From contig JAPLDX010000089.1 in NCBI GenBank assembly GCA_026391215.1, positions 1-60,907 on the forward strand: a stretch of 60,907 bases of DNA. The letters are read 5' to 3'. The position numbers and the translations under genes are program-made. This stretch comes from Bacteroidia bacterium (lineage in GTDB: Bacteria; Bacteroidota; Bacteroidia; Bacteroidales; VadinHA17). Positions 10,539-21,725 of this stretch are shown piece after piece. The notes below the pieces were generated by a model. The model worked only from the letters and a program-made list of their open reading frames with translations. It was not told the origin of the DNA and did not search any database. How positions within the stretch are numbered: position 1 is the first letter of the stretch; each line of letters opens with the position of its first letter.

Positions 10539-10572
10539 AATATGTTTTTTGTGTGAAATGATTTTAGATAAA

Positions 10573-10597
10573 GACGTATAATTAAAGGAATTGTTGC
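10573..10597 (-). promoter_or_regulatory. Candidate ECF-sigma promoter for the DUF2807 gene
   Basis: Minus strand GCAAC-N16-CGTC about 35 bp upstream of the start. Confidence 0.5.
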
Positions 10598-10606
10598 ATA
10601 AAAAGT

Positions 10607-10732
10607 ACCCCCCTCCCGCTATAGCGGGATCCCCCCTGAAGGGGAGCTAAATTCAGGCTGCTTGTAATTCTTTTAATATTTGAAGATTAGCCCCCTTTTA
10701 GGGGGGCAGTCCCGCATGGAGGGACGGGGGGT
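10607..10732. repeat. GC-rich inverted-repeat element (REP/MITE-like)
   Basis: Arms 10607-10650 and 10687-10732 are imperfect reverse complements with internal hairpins (TCCCGCTATAGCGGGA). Confidence 0.7.
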
Positions 10733-10741
10733 TCTAGGTTT

Positions 10742-11251
10742 TCAATTAATCTCTGTTAAGCCCTCCGGTATATCCATCTGGATGACCTTCTTCTTCTTAT
10801 CTATTTTAATAATGAAATCCTTATGAAAAGGGATCAATAGCTCCTTCCCGCTTTCTGTTTCAACGTTTATGATCCATTGTCCGGGATTTTCAATGATTGC
10901 ACTGATTGTGCCTGCCAGAGTATTATCTTTCAGATAGACTTTAAATCCACTGAAATCCATATTAGTTATATCTTCTTTCTTTTCAGAATTAAGAAAAACC
11001 CTGCATCCTGTGAACTGGCTTACTTTTTCAATGGAGTCATAGCCATCAAATTTCAGCTTAAGAATGCCGGAGTCATCGTACTCTGATTCAGATATAAAAA
11101 AAGGAACCTGCTTCCCTTCTATTTCGAGGAAAACCGATTCCATTTCAGTTATTTTTTCTGTAAAGGTACTTTCCAGCCTGATTGTTACAACACCCTCGTA
11201 ACCATGCACTTTTGCAATACGTCCCAGCAATATGCGGGCATTGTAAGCCAT
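10742..11251 (-). CDS. rimM: Ribosome maturation factor RimM
   Basis: GRIAKVHGYEG N-terminus, ELLIPF and DIPEGL; directly downstream of rpsP. Confidence 0.93.
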   Translation of the reverse strand: MAYNARILLGRIAKVHGYEGVVTIRLESTFTEKITEMESVFLEIEGKQVPFFISESEYDDSGILKLKFDGYDSIEKVSQFTGCRVFLNSEKKEDITNMDFSGFKVYLKDNTLAGTISAIIENPGQWIINVETESGKELLIPFHKDFIIKIDKKKKVIQMDIPEGLTEIN

Positions 11252-11279
11252 TGGATCGCTGATCCTTACACTCCCAGGT

Positions 11280-11873
11280 CTATTCCTGTGGTTTTTCTTC
11301 TGTAGCTACAGGAGCTTCAGTTGCCTCGGCTAAAGGAGTTTCAGCAGCTTCAGCTGCCGGTGCAGTTTCTTCAACCGGAGCCGGTTTGCTTGCGGCTTCT
11401 GCTTTTGCAGCCAGGTCAGCTTGTTTTTTTGTCAGTTTTGCTGCTCTTGTCTCGTTTATCTTCTTTTCAGCAGCCAGCATCTCAACCAGCCTGTCGTCCT
11501 TCGATTTTTCCAGGCCTGATTTCTTGGCATCAATTTTTTCTTCATTCTTTTTCATCCACTCTTCGAACCGTTTAGTGGCTTCTGCATCATCAAAAGCACC
11601 TTTTTTTACTCCTTCAAGAAGATGCTTCTTTATTAGAATACCTTTGTAAGACAGGATAGCCCTGCATGTATCAGAGGGCACTGCGCCATTTTGCAGCCAA
11701 CCCAGAGCCTTGTCGAAATCAAGTTCGATAGTGGCGGGGTTAGTGAGCGGATTATATTTTCCGATCTTTTCAATATATCTGCCATCCCGTGGCGACCTGC
11801 TATCAGCTACCACGATGTGGTAGTAGGCCAGTTTCTTCCGGCCTTTCCTAGCTAATCTGATTTTAACTGCCAT
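11280..11873 (-). CDS. rpsP: 30S ribosomal protein S16 with long C-terminal extension
   Basis: [14 protein letters not shown]...[21 protein letters not shown]. Confidence 0.97.
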   Translation of the reverse strand: MAVKIRLARKGRKKLAYYHIVVADSRSPRDGRYIEKIGKYNPLTNPATIELDFDKALGWLQNGAVPSDTCRAILSYKGILIKKHLLEGVKKGAFDDAEATKRFEEWMKKNEEKIDAKKSGLEKSKDDRLVEMLAAEKKINETRAAKLTKKQADLAAKAEAASKPAPVEETAPAAEAAETPLAEATEAPVATEEKPQE

Positions 11874-11974
11874 TAATTTTTAACGCTTTTTATTTAACCT
11901 GTTTAAAATTGTGGGTGCAAAGATAAAAGTAATTATTTTACCGGGCAAATGAATAATACTAATTTATATATTAT

Positions 11975-12014
11975 AAAAAAGAGGCTGAACTCTTCTTCAA
12001 ATCAGCCTCTTTTT
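11975..12014. terminator. Intrinsic terminator after the susCD operon
   Basis: AAAAAAGAGGCTGA...TCAGCCTCTTTT stem-loop. Confidence 0.8.
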
Positions 12015-12035
12015 AAAGCAACTTATATTTTGTTT

Positions 12036-12830
12036 TCAGTTTCTCGTAAAAAGGAAGGAGTAAGTAGGCCAATAACCTTCATCTACCGAAATTGTGAGAT
12101 TCATGGTATAAATCCCATCACATGTGCTAAATGTTCCGGAGCCTTCATAAGCTATGTTATGCATACCCCATGCATCTGAAGCTATTGCTTTTCGAGGAAC
12201 ATTAACAGCATAGGTAATCGGATCAATATACATAACCAGCGGCCCGAGGTCTTCAACAAGTCCTTCTATTTCTTCAAGACCTACAACATATATCTTATAT
12301 GGATCATCCGGATCAGCAGTAAGTGTTATATCACCATCCGAACCCCAGTCTCCGCCGTTTGCATGAAAACTGCCTGTTGATATGCTTGTCGTATAAACAC
12401 AGGCTGCAGGAACTACAAGAGGAGTGGAACGTGTAGTACGGCCATTTGCGGTTATTAACAGTTCGAAATCAAAAACATCACCCCTTTCGATATCAGCTAA
12501 GGCAATCCCTAGTTTTTCAGCAGCATCCGCTGATGTAATCGTGACAACTGCCGGAAATGAAGTTAACTCGGTTATTGTGACATCAGCATGATTGTTATTA
12601 AAAGAACCTATTAAAGTAGCTGCAGGTACCGAGGCGCCTTCCGGGATGTTTATTGTGAATTGTACAAATGCATTCTCGAGATCATTAATATCAAATACCC
12701 CGGGATTAAGACCCGAAATGCCAGGGACTACTGCAACACCCCTTTCGCCTGCCGGATCCGGAAGCTGTTCACAACTTATGAATATCATAATAAGTGTGAT
12801 GATCAATCCTATTGTTTTTATTTTTTTCAT
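12036..12830 (-). CDS. Lipoprotein, third gene of the SusC/SusD locus
   Basis: Lipobox FISC followed by acidic beta-rich domains. Confidence 0.8.
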   Translation of the reverse strand: MKKIKTIGLIITLIMIFISCEQLPDPAGERGVAVVPGISGLNPGVFDINDLENAFVQFTINIPEGASVPAATLIGSFNNNHADVTITELTSFPAVVTITSADAAEKLGIALADIERGDVFDFELLITANGRTTRSTPLVVPAACVYTTSISTGSFHANGGDWGSDGDITLTADPDDPYKIYVVGLEEIEGLVEDLGPLVMYIDPITYAVNVPRKAIASDAWGMHNIAYEGSGTFSTCDGIYTMNLTISVDEGYWPTYSFLFTRN

Positions 12831-12870
12831 TTTACATTATTTTTTAGTTAAACTATGAAACAGGAGGCAT

Positions 12871-14319
12871 CTAGCGTGTTCCTCCGGCCCACCAGACATT
12901 TTCAGAATATACATAAGTTCCGTCACCATAAGCATTACGGACATTTACATTTGTAGTTACATCTCCGGATCCATATGTCAAACGTAATGGGAACTGATTT
13001 GTATTGGCGGGATTTGCCAATGTAATTACATTGTTACCCATTGCCCTTAGCCTTCTGTAATCATTGTAGGCTTCAATAGCTTCTTCCTCGAAAAAAGCAA
13101 TATATTTCTGATTCATTACCTCCGATAGCGGATTTGCTGAAAATCTGGAGCTTACAATATCATCAAAATAATCTGCTGCATCAGTGGCTGTTAAGCCGAT
13201 ATTTACTTTTTGGAAAGCAGCTGTAATGGCACTCTGTAAAGCGTCTTCAGCGGCAGTTAAGTTGTTTAACCGCACATAAGCCTCTGCTTTCAGAAATTCT
13301 ACCTCATGATAACTCAGGAGGTAGGTAGGTGCAGTATTTGTGCTGATTGCAGATACTGAATAGGAACCTTGAACCTGATTTGCTGTACCATTTGGAGCAA
13401 ATACCAGGCCACCGCCTGCAGCGGGATGAGGTATAAAGAACACATCATCCCTGGGATCACTTCTCTCAACTAATTTATCATGCAGGCTTTGACTTGCACC
13501 GAAATAATCCCGATCCCGGAAGAAAACCCAAAAGGGACTTAGTGCAGTACTTCCATTATAATTAAACTGAGCCTGTTCATCAGCTGAAGTGAAAGACTGG
13601 TCGGCAAATGAGATAACATCAGCATAAGCAGGAGTCTTGTACGATAGGTGCATTGTATAACGGGCTTTCAACCCATAGGCAAATTTCTTCCACAAATCGG
13701 TATCCCCGCCATATATCAGATCCTGATTTCCTAAAGAAACAAATATCGTAGCCTTGTCAAGATTGGCAATCCCCTCGTCAAGCAAATCAAAGATATCTGC
13801 ATAAATATCTTGCTGACTATCCAGTTCAGGGGTATATATTACACCTGGCTGGCATGACTGGGTCCATGGTACATCCCCAATCATATCAGTAAGTACTGCA
13901 AGATTTAATGCCGTAAGTATTTGTGCAATACCGAGAGTATGATAATTGCCTTCTTCCGGGCCGCCAGTGGAACATTTTTCCCGTACCAGCCTCAGGCAGT
14001 AAAGGTTTGCATATACTGCATTCCATGTATTATTATAAGTTGATGAAGCTGTAGGCTCTGAAGACCTGATATCAGCATTATAAAGCTGTCCAAATGTACC
14101 TGTATTATGTTCAATATAAACAGATGCATAAATATTAAAATCCCCGCCGACTATATTGAAAGCACTGGAAGTCATAGCATCTGTAATTATCAGGCTTGAT
14201 ACCATATCGTTCGGGTCATTTATGTCCTTATTTATTTCATCCATAACAGATTCAGAACATGACCAGAGAGTCAGGGCCAGGATTGCTACAGATAATATTA
14301 TATTAATCTTCTTTTTCAT
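12871..14319 (-). CDS. susD: SusD/RagB family nutrient-binding lipoprotein
   Basis: LWSC lipobox; TDMIGDVP, DLIYGGD..LW, EVEFLKAEA, QKYIA and YNDYRR motifs. Confidence 0.92.
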   Translation of the reverse strand: MKKKINIILSVAILALTLWSCSESVMDEINKDINDPNDMVSSLIITDAMTSSAFNIVGGDFNIYASVYIEHNTGTFGQLYNADIRSSEPTASSTYNNTWNAVYANLYCLRLVREKCSTGGPEEGNYHTLGIAQILTALNLAVLTDMIGDVPWTQSCQPGVIYTPELDSQQDIYADIFDLLDEGIANLDKATIFVSLGNQDLIYGGDTDLWKKFAYGLKARYTMHLSYKTPAYADVISFADQSFTSADEQAQFNYNGSTALSPFWVFFRDRDYFGASQSLHDKLVERSDPRDDVFFIPHPAAGGGLVFAPNGTANQVQGSYSVSAISTNTAPTYLLSYHEVEFLKAEAYVRLNNLTAAEDALQSAITAAFQKVNIGLTATDAADYFDDIVSSRFSANPLSEVMNQKYIAFFEEEAIEAYNDYRRLRAMGNNVITLANPANTNQFPLRLTYGSGDVTTNVNVRNAYGDGTYVYSENVWWAGGTR

Positions 14320-14330
14320 GATATTTCAAA

Positions 14331-17300
14331 TTAAAAAGTTAAATCTAACGTTAAACCATAGCTGGTTGTCTGTGGTACGGTAAACCTTTCAAATGATCCT
14401 CCCATATTTGTATTCCCCTGGCTCGATTCGGGATCCAGGTTTGGAAGGGCGGTCCAGATAAGTAGGTTACGTAAGAAAGCAGAAACACCCAGATCGACTT
14501 TTTTGAATAACTTATTTGCAGGTTTATACTTCAGGGAAAGCTCACGAAGTTTTACAAATGAATTATCAAAAATATAATACTCATCAATATTTGTAAGTAC
14601 ATTCTGGTGCAACATCTGCAAAGCATAAGGATCTAATGGCCCGCCCCGTGAAATGTCATTGGGTGTGCCATCAGATTTTACTCCATCGTAGATAAAGGTT
14701 GACTCACGATCTTCCACTCTTGTTGATAAACCGTAAAAGTCGAGCAATCCGTTACTGCCCGAGTACATCTTACCCCCTTCCTTCCACTCAAACAACGCAT
14801 TCAATGAGAGAGTTTTATATGTGAAAGTAGTATTGCCTCCCAGGATAAAATCAGGAGACACTTTCCCGATCACAGCAGGTTCACCAGCCAGTGGGAAACC
14901 ATAATTCGCCGAGCTCGGATCGTCATCAATCAGAATCTTACCAGTTGTTTCTTCTCTGGCAAATGAAACTCCATAAATAACAGGATAAGTATCACCGATA
15001 CCTGCCCGGACCTGAGGAGTGGTGAATCCTCCTATAAAAATGCTTTCAACACCTTCAGCCAGTTCATCAACATAGTTATCAATCTTTGAAAAATTAAAAT
15101 TCAGATCCCATTGGAAATCTTTAGATAACACAGGAGTTATGTATAATATGATCTCATGGCTGAGCGTGTGCACTTTACCTCCATTCATCAACAAGGCACG
15201 TATACCTGTAGAGCCTGCCAGTGGTACACTGAATATCTGGTCCACAACATTCTGACGTGAAAAAGTATAATCAATACCCAGGCGATTCTGGAAGAATTTC
15301 AATTCTCCGCCAATTTCGTATGATTTTGTATTTTGTGGCACCAGGTTGGGGTCATATTGAACATTATTAGGAATATAAGAACTTACCCCGTCTATTGGAT
15401 ACTGGATTGGAAATCCATTAAACCAACCGCCTCCATAATTTTGTCCCGTCGGAGTGGTGTAGTAATTTTGAATATATGCTCCTGCCTGCCCTACTTCAGC
15501 ATATGAAAGGCGAAGTTTGGAAAATGAAATCCACTCAATATTTTTCACTGCGTTTAGTTCAGATAATACAAAGCTTAAGGCAATTGAAGGATAAAAGAAA
15601 GCTCTGTTATTTGTCGGCATTGTGGAAACAATATCATATCTGCCTGTTCCGGTAAGGAATAATAACGATTTCCACTGCGCGGATAAACTTCCGAAAGTAC
15701 CGAAAGTACGATTTTGCCAATAAGATTCATCTGCAGTGACAAGGTTGGCATTCTTAATATGTGCCCAGCCCCCAAAATTAAAATCCTCACCATGTTCTGA
15801 ATAAATCTTTTGGCTGCCCTGATCAAATTCATTTCCGATCATTGCATTAAGGGTCAAACCATTGCTCATGGTCCAGTCATAGTTTGCTGTAATCAGCTGG
15901 TTGACTGTAAAAGACGTTATACCGTAATTATCTATTATTCCTGTAGATGCAGCATGTCCATATTCAAATACATCCTTGAAATTTGTGGTATATGAATCTG
16001 CCCCTAATTGATAACGGATTTTCAAATTCATATTTCCACTCAGCTTGGCGGTATAATTAGCAAATCCATTTCCGAAAAACCGGTCAGTTTTTTCATTAAA
16101 GACCGTATGTTCAGCGGCCCAATACGGATTGTCCCAACTGCCTCCACGATAATATATGTCAGTATAAGGATCTCCTGGAATAAAATAAGGATAATCCTTC
16201 AGATTATAACTGACAGGTGCACCTAAAACACCGGCCAGTGCAGCATCATTAGCTGTCGGGAGCTTGTCAATATCTGTCTTGGAAAAATTGGCATTAAATC
16301 CTGTACTGAAGTTTTTACCGAACTTCCTTTCCGCAGAAGCTTTGCCATTCCAGCGATTCATTCCTGATGCCAGAGCTATACCACTCTGTGAAGTCTGACT
16401 CAGACCAAGAGCAAAATTGCCTTCTGCTGCAGCCTGACTTATATTTACGTTATTGGTTGCTGAATAACCTGTTCTGAAATATCTGTCCCAGTTATTAAAT
16501 ACCTGTGGAGTGACCCATGCATCTGCAACCTGCCCCAATGCCAGCTGGGGAACATAATATTCGCCTGGATGACCGTTACTGTTCCCTCCGTATGTAGGAT
16601 CATCCGGAAGATCAACGATCTTTGGTCCCCATGATGACGAAGCAGTGGGAACATAACTGCCAGAAAGACCCTGAGCATAGGTGGTCTGGTAATCCGGAGT
16701 ACGTGAAACCTCTGAAAAAGCGCTTGTATGAGATATTGAAATAACAGGTTTTCCGACTGCATTATTCCGGCCGCTCTTTGTTGTAATGAGAATGACCCCG
16801 TTTGATGCACGGATACCGTAAAGGGCTGCTGCTGCCTGACCTTTAAGTATGTTGATACTTTCAATATCGGATGGATTAAGATCCACTGCACGGTTAGAAA
16901 TATCTGATCCGGTTACACCATTTCCTCCAGTTGTGTAGCTACCTCCGCTTCCTGATTGAAAATCCGAGCCGGAGGCAATAGGCATTCCATCTATTACATA
17001 AAGAGGAGCGTTATTCCCTGTAAAAGAGCGTGCGCCACGGATAACAATCTGTGATGAGGCCCCGGGCATACCGCTTGAAGGCTTAATATCAACACCGGAG
17101 ATCTTTCCCTGCATTGCACCTGCAAGATCAGTATTACCTGCTCGTTGTATTACCTCATTTTTGACATCCTGAACTGAATATCCAACAGCTTTTTTCTCCC
17201 TGGATACGCCAAAAGCAGTAACAATTACTTCATCCAGGCCCAGAATATCGGGCTCCAGAACGATATCAATTATTGAACGGTTCCCAATCTCAACCTCCTG

Positions 17301-17543
17301 CTTCTTCATTCCTATATAGGAAAAAACCAGGGTTGTGGCGTTCTCAGGAACTGCCAGAGAGTATTTGCCGTCTATGCTGGTAACGATACCAGCAGTGGTC
17401 CCTTTCACACCTACGGATACACCCGGCATAGCACCCTCTCCTTCAACAGAAGAGGTCACAGTACCAGTAATAGTCTTTTGCTGGGCACTGGCTGAAAGCC
17501 ATACTCCGCAAAAAACTATAAACATCGAGAGAAGTTTTCTCAT
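14331..17543 (-). CDS. susC: SusC/RagA TonB-dependent outer membrane receptor
   Basis: Carboxypeptidase-like N-domain, plug (PLYVIDG; DIESINILKG.AAAALYG.RASNGVILITTK) and C-terminal Phe. Confidence 0.95.
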   Translation of the reverse strand: MRKLLSMFIVFCGVWLSASAQQKTITGTVTSSVEGEGAMPGVSVGVKGTTAGIVTSIDGKYSLAVPENATTLVFSYIGMKKQEVEIGNRSIIDIVLEPDILGLDEVIVTAFGVSREKKAVGYSVQDVKNEVIQRAGNTDLAGAMQGKISGVDIKPSSGMPGASSQIVIRGARSFTGNNAPLYVIDGMPIASGSDFQSGSGGSYTTGGNGVTGSDISNRAVDLNPSDIESINILKGQAAAALYGIRASNGVILITTKSGRNNAVGKPVISISHTSAFSEVSRTPDYQTTYAQGLSGSYVPTASSSWGPKIVDLPDDPTYGGNSNGHPGEYYVPQLALGQVADAWVTPQVFNNWDRYFRTGYSATNNVNISQAAAEGNFALGLSQTSQSGIALASGMNRWNGKASAERKFGKNFSTGFNANFSKTDIDKLPTANDAALAGVLGAPVSYNLKDYPYFIPGDPYTDIYYRGGSWDNPYWAAEHTVFNEKTDRFFGNGFANYTAKLSGNMNLKIRYQLGADSYTTNFKDVFEYGHAASTGIIDNYGITSFTVNQLITANYDWTMSNGLTLNAMIGNEFDQGSQKIYSEHGEDFNFGGWAHIKNANLVTADESYWQNRTFGTFGSLSAQWKSLLFLTGTGRYDIVSTMPTNNRAFFYPSIALSFVLSELNAVKNIEWISFSKLRLSYAEVGQAGAYIQNYYTTPTGQNYGGGWFNGFPIQYPIDGVSSYIPNNVQYDPNLVPQNTKSYEIGGELKFFQNRLGIDYTFSRQNVVDQIFSVPLAGSTGIRALLMNGGKVHTLSHEIILYITPVLSKDFQWDLNFNFSKIDNYVDELAEGVESIFIGGFTTPQVRAGIGDTYPVIYGVSFAREETTGKILIDDDPSSANYGFPLAGEPAVIGKVSPDFILGGNTTFTYKTLSLNALFEWKEGGKMYSGSNGLLDFYGLSTRVEDRESTFIYDGVKSDGTPNDISRGGPLDPYALQMLHQNVLTNIDEYYIFDNSFVKLRELSLKYKPANKLFKKVDLGVSAFLRNLLIWTALPNLDPESSQGNTNMGGSFERFTVPQTTSYGLTLDLTF

Positions 17544-17813
17544 AACTTTTAGTTTAGGTTAATAAATAAATATTTAAGGAATGTCTAGATTCCTTTTACT
17601 GTCCTTGATAGTGACTGTGTCACTTTCAAAAAATGAAATTAAACAAGGATTTCCATGAATGCCATATTCAATCGACAGATTGCATGTTCTGGTTTATAAT
17701 TGGTATATAAGCGGTTACAGATTATTATTTTGAAGATGACTGAAGCACTCCTGTTTTTATTCATTTTTGCTTATTTTTGTTAGCTGACCAAATTGTTTTT
17801 AATAATCCTTTTC

Positions 17814-20800
17814 ATGACTGGTTTTTCTCACTTACATGTTCATACTCAGTACTCTATATTGGATGGTGCTTCAAATATTCCTTTGCTGATCGATAAAGTA
17901 AAATCCCTGGGTATGGAAGCCATTGCCATTACAGACCATGGCAATATGTTTGGTGTCAAGGAGTTTCATAATACTGCCACAAAAAAGGGAATAAAGCCTA
18001 TCATTGGCTGCGAGATATATGTTGCGAAAAGATCCATTTCAGAAGTCACCGGGAAAGAGGACCGGTCGGGCGACCACCTCATCCTGCTGGCAAAAAACCT
18101 CATCGGATACAAGAATCTGATCAAGCTTGTTTCCATTGCCTGGATCAAAGGCTTTTATTATAAGCCGCGCATCGACAAGGAATTACTGGCAAAATACCAT
18201 GAGGGTCTGATTGCATCCTCTGCATGCCTTGCCGGAGAGATCCCCGATGAAATACTTAACGGGACCATGGCTGGAGCCGAAGCAGCCCTTAAAAGCTATC
18301 AGGACATCTTTGGCAGCGATTTCTACCTTGAGATGCAGCGGCATGAAACCTATGAACCTGATGCAGACAGAACTGCTTTCCCCCAACAACAGAAAGTTAT
18401 AGAGGTTCTGAAAAAACTTGCAGCTAAATATAGTGTAAAGCTGATTGCAACCAATGATGTTCATTTTATTAATGCTGAAGATGCCGAAGCACACGACAGG
18501 CTTATCTGCATTAACACAGTAAAAGATATTGACGATCCCAACAGGTTAAGATATTCAAAGCAGGAATTCCTCAAGACTGAAGAGGAGATGAGAGCTATCT
18601 TCAGCGATATTCCGGAAGCAATTGATAATGTTTCTGAACTTGTAGCCGGCATTGAAAAATATAAACTCGACCATGCGCCTATCATGCCGGAGTTCGAACT
18701 GCCTGAAGGATATACCGATAAAGATGAATATCTCCGAACCCTTACCTACAAAGGGTCAGAAGAGAGATGGGGAACCCTTACCAAAGAACAGACGGAAAGG
18801 ATCGATTTTGAACTGGAAACAATTGCCAAAATGGGATTCCCGGGCTACTTTCTTATTGTCCAGGATTTTCTGAGAGCCGCAAGGGAGATGGGGGTTTCAG
18901 TGGGCCCCGGAAGAGGTTCCGCTGCAGGATCAGTTGTGGCATACTGTCTTAAGATAACTGATATAGATCCAATAAAATATGGTCTCCTTTTTGAGCGGTT
19001 CCTTAACCTTGACCGTATTTCCATGCCGGATATCGACATAGATTTTGACGAAGACGGAAGAGAATCCGTACTTAAATATGTAGTCGATAAATATGGGCAC
19101 GATAAAGTGGCACATATCATTACTTTTGGTACTATGGCAGCCAAAATGGCGATAAGAGATGTTGCCAGGGTCCAGAAATTACCATTGCCTGATGCTGACC
19201 GCCTTGCAAAGCTTGTCCCGGAACGGCCAGGAATATCCCTTTCCCAGGCTTATAATGAAGTGCCGGAACTGGCCCGGGAAAAAGAATCATCAAATAAGCT
19301 TATCGCAACAACCCTCAAATATGCCGAAGTGCTTGAAGGCTCGGTCCGGCAGACTGGAGTACATGCCTGCGGAATAATAATTGGGAAAGACTCACTGGAT
19401 AACTATATCCCCCTTTGCACTGCAAAAGATACTGAATTGTATGCTACCCAGTATGACGGGAGCCATGTGGAATCAGTCGGGTTGCTCAAAATGGATTTCC
19501 TCGGGCTGAAAACACTTTCTATAATCAGGGACGCTATTGAAAATATTAAAAAATCGAAAGGCATTGATATCAATATTGATAAGATTCCTCTTGATGACAA
19601 AAAGACATTTGAATTATTCAGCAATGGTGAAACGACAGGCATCTTTCAGTTTGAATCAACGGGGATGAAAAGATACCTGAGAGATCTTGAACCGAACAGG
19701 TTTGAAGACCTGATTGCCATGAATGCTCTCTACCGTCCCGGACCAATGGAATATATCCCCAAGTTCATCCGGAGAAAACATGGAAAGGAGAAAATTGATT
19801 CTCCTCTGCCGGTAATGGAAAAATATCTTAACGATTCATACGGAATCACAGTCTATCAGGAACAGGTTATGCTCCTCTCGCAGGAACTGGCAGGATTTAC
19901 AAAGGGAGAAGCTGATTCGCTGAGAAAAGCAATGGGGAAAAAGAAGAAATCCATAATGGATGAGATGAAGCTTAAGTTCCTTGAGGGATGCAGTAAAAAA
20001 GGGTATGATGTGGAGATCATAAATAAGATATGGTCCGACTGGGAAGCTTTTGCCCAATATGCTTTCAATAAATCACATTCAACATGCTATGCTCTCATTG
20101 CATACCAGACCGGTTACCTGAAAGCAAATTTCCCTGCAGAATTCATGGCAGCTGTCCTGAGCCGGAATATCAGCGATATTAAAAAGATAACCACCTTCAT
20201 GGATGAAACCCGGCGTATGGGTATGGATGTTCTTGGACCTGACGTAAATGAAAGCAATGTCAAGTTTACCGTAAATAAGGACGGAAATATCAGGTTTGGT
20301 CTGGGTGCGATTAAAGGAGTTGGCGAAAGCGCTGTGCTTCAGCTTATTGAAGAAAGAGAGAAAAACGGGCTATACAAGGATATATATAATCTTGTTGAAA
20401 GGGTTAACCTCAACTCCCTGAATAAGAAGAATCTTGAAGCGATGGCTGTTGCAGGTGCCTTTGACTGTTTTACAGGGATCTCAAGAGCTCAGTACTTTTC
20501 ACTCGATACAAGGGGATCAAGCTTCATCGAAAGCCTTATACGTTATGGCAACAATGCCAGAACAATTAATGTTTCGAGCAAGCAGACTCTTTTTGGAGAT
20601 TCCGAAGGATTTGAAATAATAAAACCTGAACCTGCGGTATGTCCCGACTGGCCCAAGCTGGAAAAGCTCAACCGCGAAAAGGAAGTGATCGGGATTTACC
20701 TTTCATCCCATCCCCTTGATGATTTCAGGCTTGAAATAAATGTTTTTACCACTGCAACTCTTGCTGAACTGCAAAATCTCAGGGATTATCTCGACAGGGA

Positions 20801-21299
20801 AGTGATTGTAGCAGGGATGGTGACTGAAACAAAAAACGGTATCGGGAAGAACGGAAAGCCCTATGGCTCTTTTACTCTTCAGGATTATTCGGATTCGTTC
20901 AGGTTTATAATGTTTGATAAGGATTACATTGATAACAGTAAATTCTTTTTTACAGGTTATTACCTGCTTGTAAGAGGCAGGGTTCAGAAAAGGAAATTTA
21001 GAGACGATGAGCCGGAATTCAGTATTAAAAAGATCAACCTGCTGTCAAGTGTTAAGGATGAGCTGATCAGATCAGTTACACTTAAAATTAATCCTGCAAA
21101 TATAAGCGAGGAGATGATAAGTGAGCTCAGGGATCTGATTAGCGAAAACAAAGGCGATACTGAACTTAAATTCCTGTTCCTGGATCCTGATGATAAGCTA
21201 TCTGTTCCGATGTTTTCAAGGACAATACGCATACGTCTTAATAACGATCTTATTTCTTATCTCGACGATCATCCCGGTATTGAATATAAAGTTAATTAG
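17814..21299 (+). CDS. dnaE: DNA polymerase III subunit alpha
   Basis: PHP motif HLHVHTQYSILDG, GPGRGSAAGS, MPDIDIDF and YAFNKSHS. ATG at 17814 chosen. Confidence 0.97.
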   Translation: MTGFSHLHVHTQYSILDGASNIPLLIDKVKSLGMEAIAITDHGNMFGVKEFHNTATKKGIKPIIGCEIYVAKRSISEVTGKEDRSGDHLILLAKNLIGYKNLIKLVSIAWIKGFYYKPRIDKELLAKYHEGLIASSACLAGEIPDEILNGTMAGAEAALKSYQDIFGSDFYLEMQRHETYEPDADRTAFPQQQKVIEVLKKLAAKYSVKLIATNDVHFINAEDAEAHDRLICINTVKDIDDPNRLRYSKQEFLKTEEEMRAIFSDIPEAIDNVSELVAGIEKYKLDHAPIMPEFELPEGYTDKDEYLRTLTYKGSEERWGTLTKEQTERIDFELETIAKMGFPGYFLIVQDFLRAAREMGVSVGPGRGSAAGSVVAYCLKITDIDPIKYGLLFERFLNLDRISMPDIDIDFDEDGRESVLKYVVDKYGHDKVAHIITFGTMAAKMAIRDVARVQKLPLPDADRLAKLVPERPGISLSQAYNEVPELAREKESSNKLIATTLKYAEVLEGSVRQTGVHACGIIIGKDSLDNYIPLCTAKDTELYATQYDGSHVESVGLLKMDFLGLKTLSIIRDAIENIKKSKGIDINIDKIPLDDKKTFELFSNGETTGIFQFESTGMKRYLRDLEPNRFEDLIAMNALYRPGPMEYIPKFIRRKHGKEKIDSPLPVMEKYLNDSYGITVYQEQVMLLSQELAGFTKGEADSLRKAMGKKKKSIMDEMKLKFLEGCSKKGYDVEIINKIWSDWEAFAQYAFNKSHSTCYALIAYQTGYLKANFPAEFMAAVLSRNISDIKKITTFMDETRRMGMDVLGPDVNESNVKFTVNKDGNIRFGLGAIKGVGESAVLQLIEEREKNGLYKDIYNLVERVNLNSLNKKNLEAMAVAGAFDCFTGISRAQYFSLDTRGSSFIESLIRYGNNARTINVSSKQTLFGDSEGFEIIKPEPAVCPDWPKLEKLNREKEVIGIYLSSHPLDDFRLEINVFTTATLAELQNLRDYLDREVIVAGMVTETKNGIGKNGKPYGSFTLQDYSDSFRFIMFDKDYIDNSKFFFTGYYLLVRGRVQKRKFRDDEPEFSIKKINLLSSVKDELIRSVTLKINPANISEEMISELRDLISENKGDTELKFLFLDPDDKLSVPMFSRTIRIRLNNDLISYLDDHPGIEYKVN

Positions 21300-21344
21300 C
21301 TATATTTACGGCTGGCATTTTATTAATCAAGAATATCATAGAAT

Positions 21345-21662
21345 ATGGCTCTGGAAGTAAATGATAAAACTTTTGATGAAATTGTAATTAAATCTGATAA
21401 ACCTGTAATTGTTGATTTTTGGGCAGAATGGTGCGGCCCCTGCAGAATGATAGCACCAATTATTGAGGAGCTTTCAAAAGAGTATTCCGGCAAGGCGACA
21501 GTTGTTAAATGCGATGTAGATGACAGTCCCCAGGTTGCCGCTAAGTACAGCATAAGGAATATCCCGACTGTCCTGTTCTTTAAAGATGGGAAAGTTGCCG
21601 ACAAGCAGGTGGGAGCTGTTCCGAAGAACAATTTCGTAAACAAGCTTAATGCATTGCTTTAG
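21345..21662 (+). CDS. trxA: Thioredoxin
   Basis: WCGPC active site. Confidence 0.97.
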   Translation: MALEVNDKTFDEIVIKSDKPVIVDFWAEWCGPCRMIAPIIEELSKEYSGKATVVKCDVDDSPQVAAKYSIRNIPTVLFFKDGKVADKQVGAVPKNNFVNKLNALL

Positions 21663-21682
21663 ATAATGATTTAATGAATAAT

Positions 21683-21714
21683 GGCCGTGCAGAATAACTG
21701 TAACGGCCTTTTTT
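21683..21714 (+). terminator. Intrinsic terminator after trxA
   Basis: GGCCGT...ACGGCC followed by TTTTTT. Confidence 0.7.
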
Positions 21715-21725
21715 AATTACAGTAC

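Noticed and set aside
11280-11500. Ala/Glu/Pro-rich extension on ribosomal protein S16
   Set aside because: Long S16 tails are normal in Bacteroidota.
17814-21299. Intein or error-prone DnaE2
   Set aside because: Length and motifs fit an ordinary replicative DnaE; no insertion and no imuAB neighbours.
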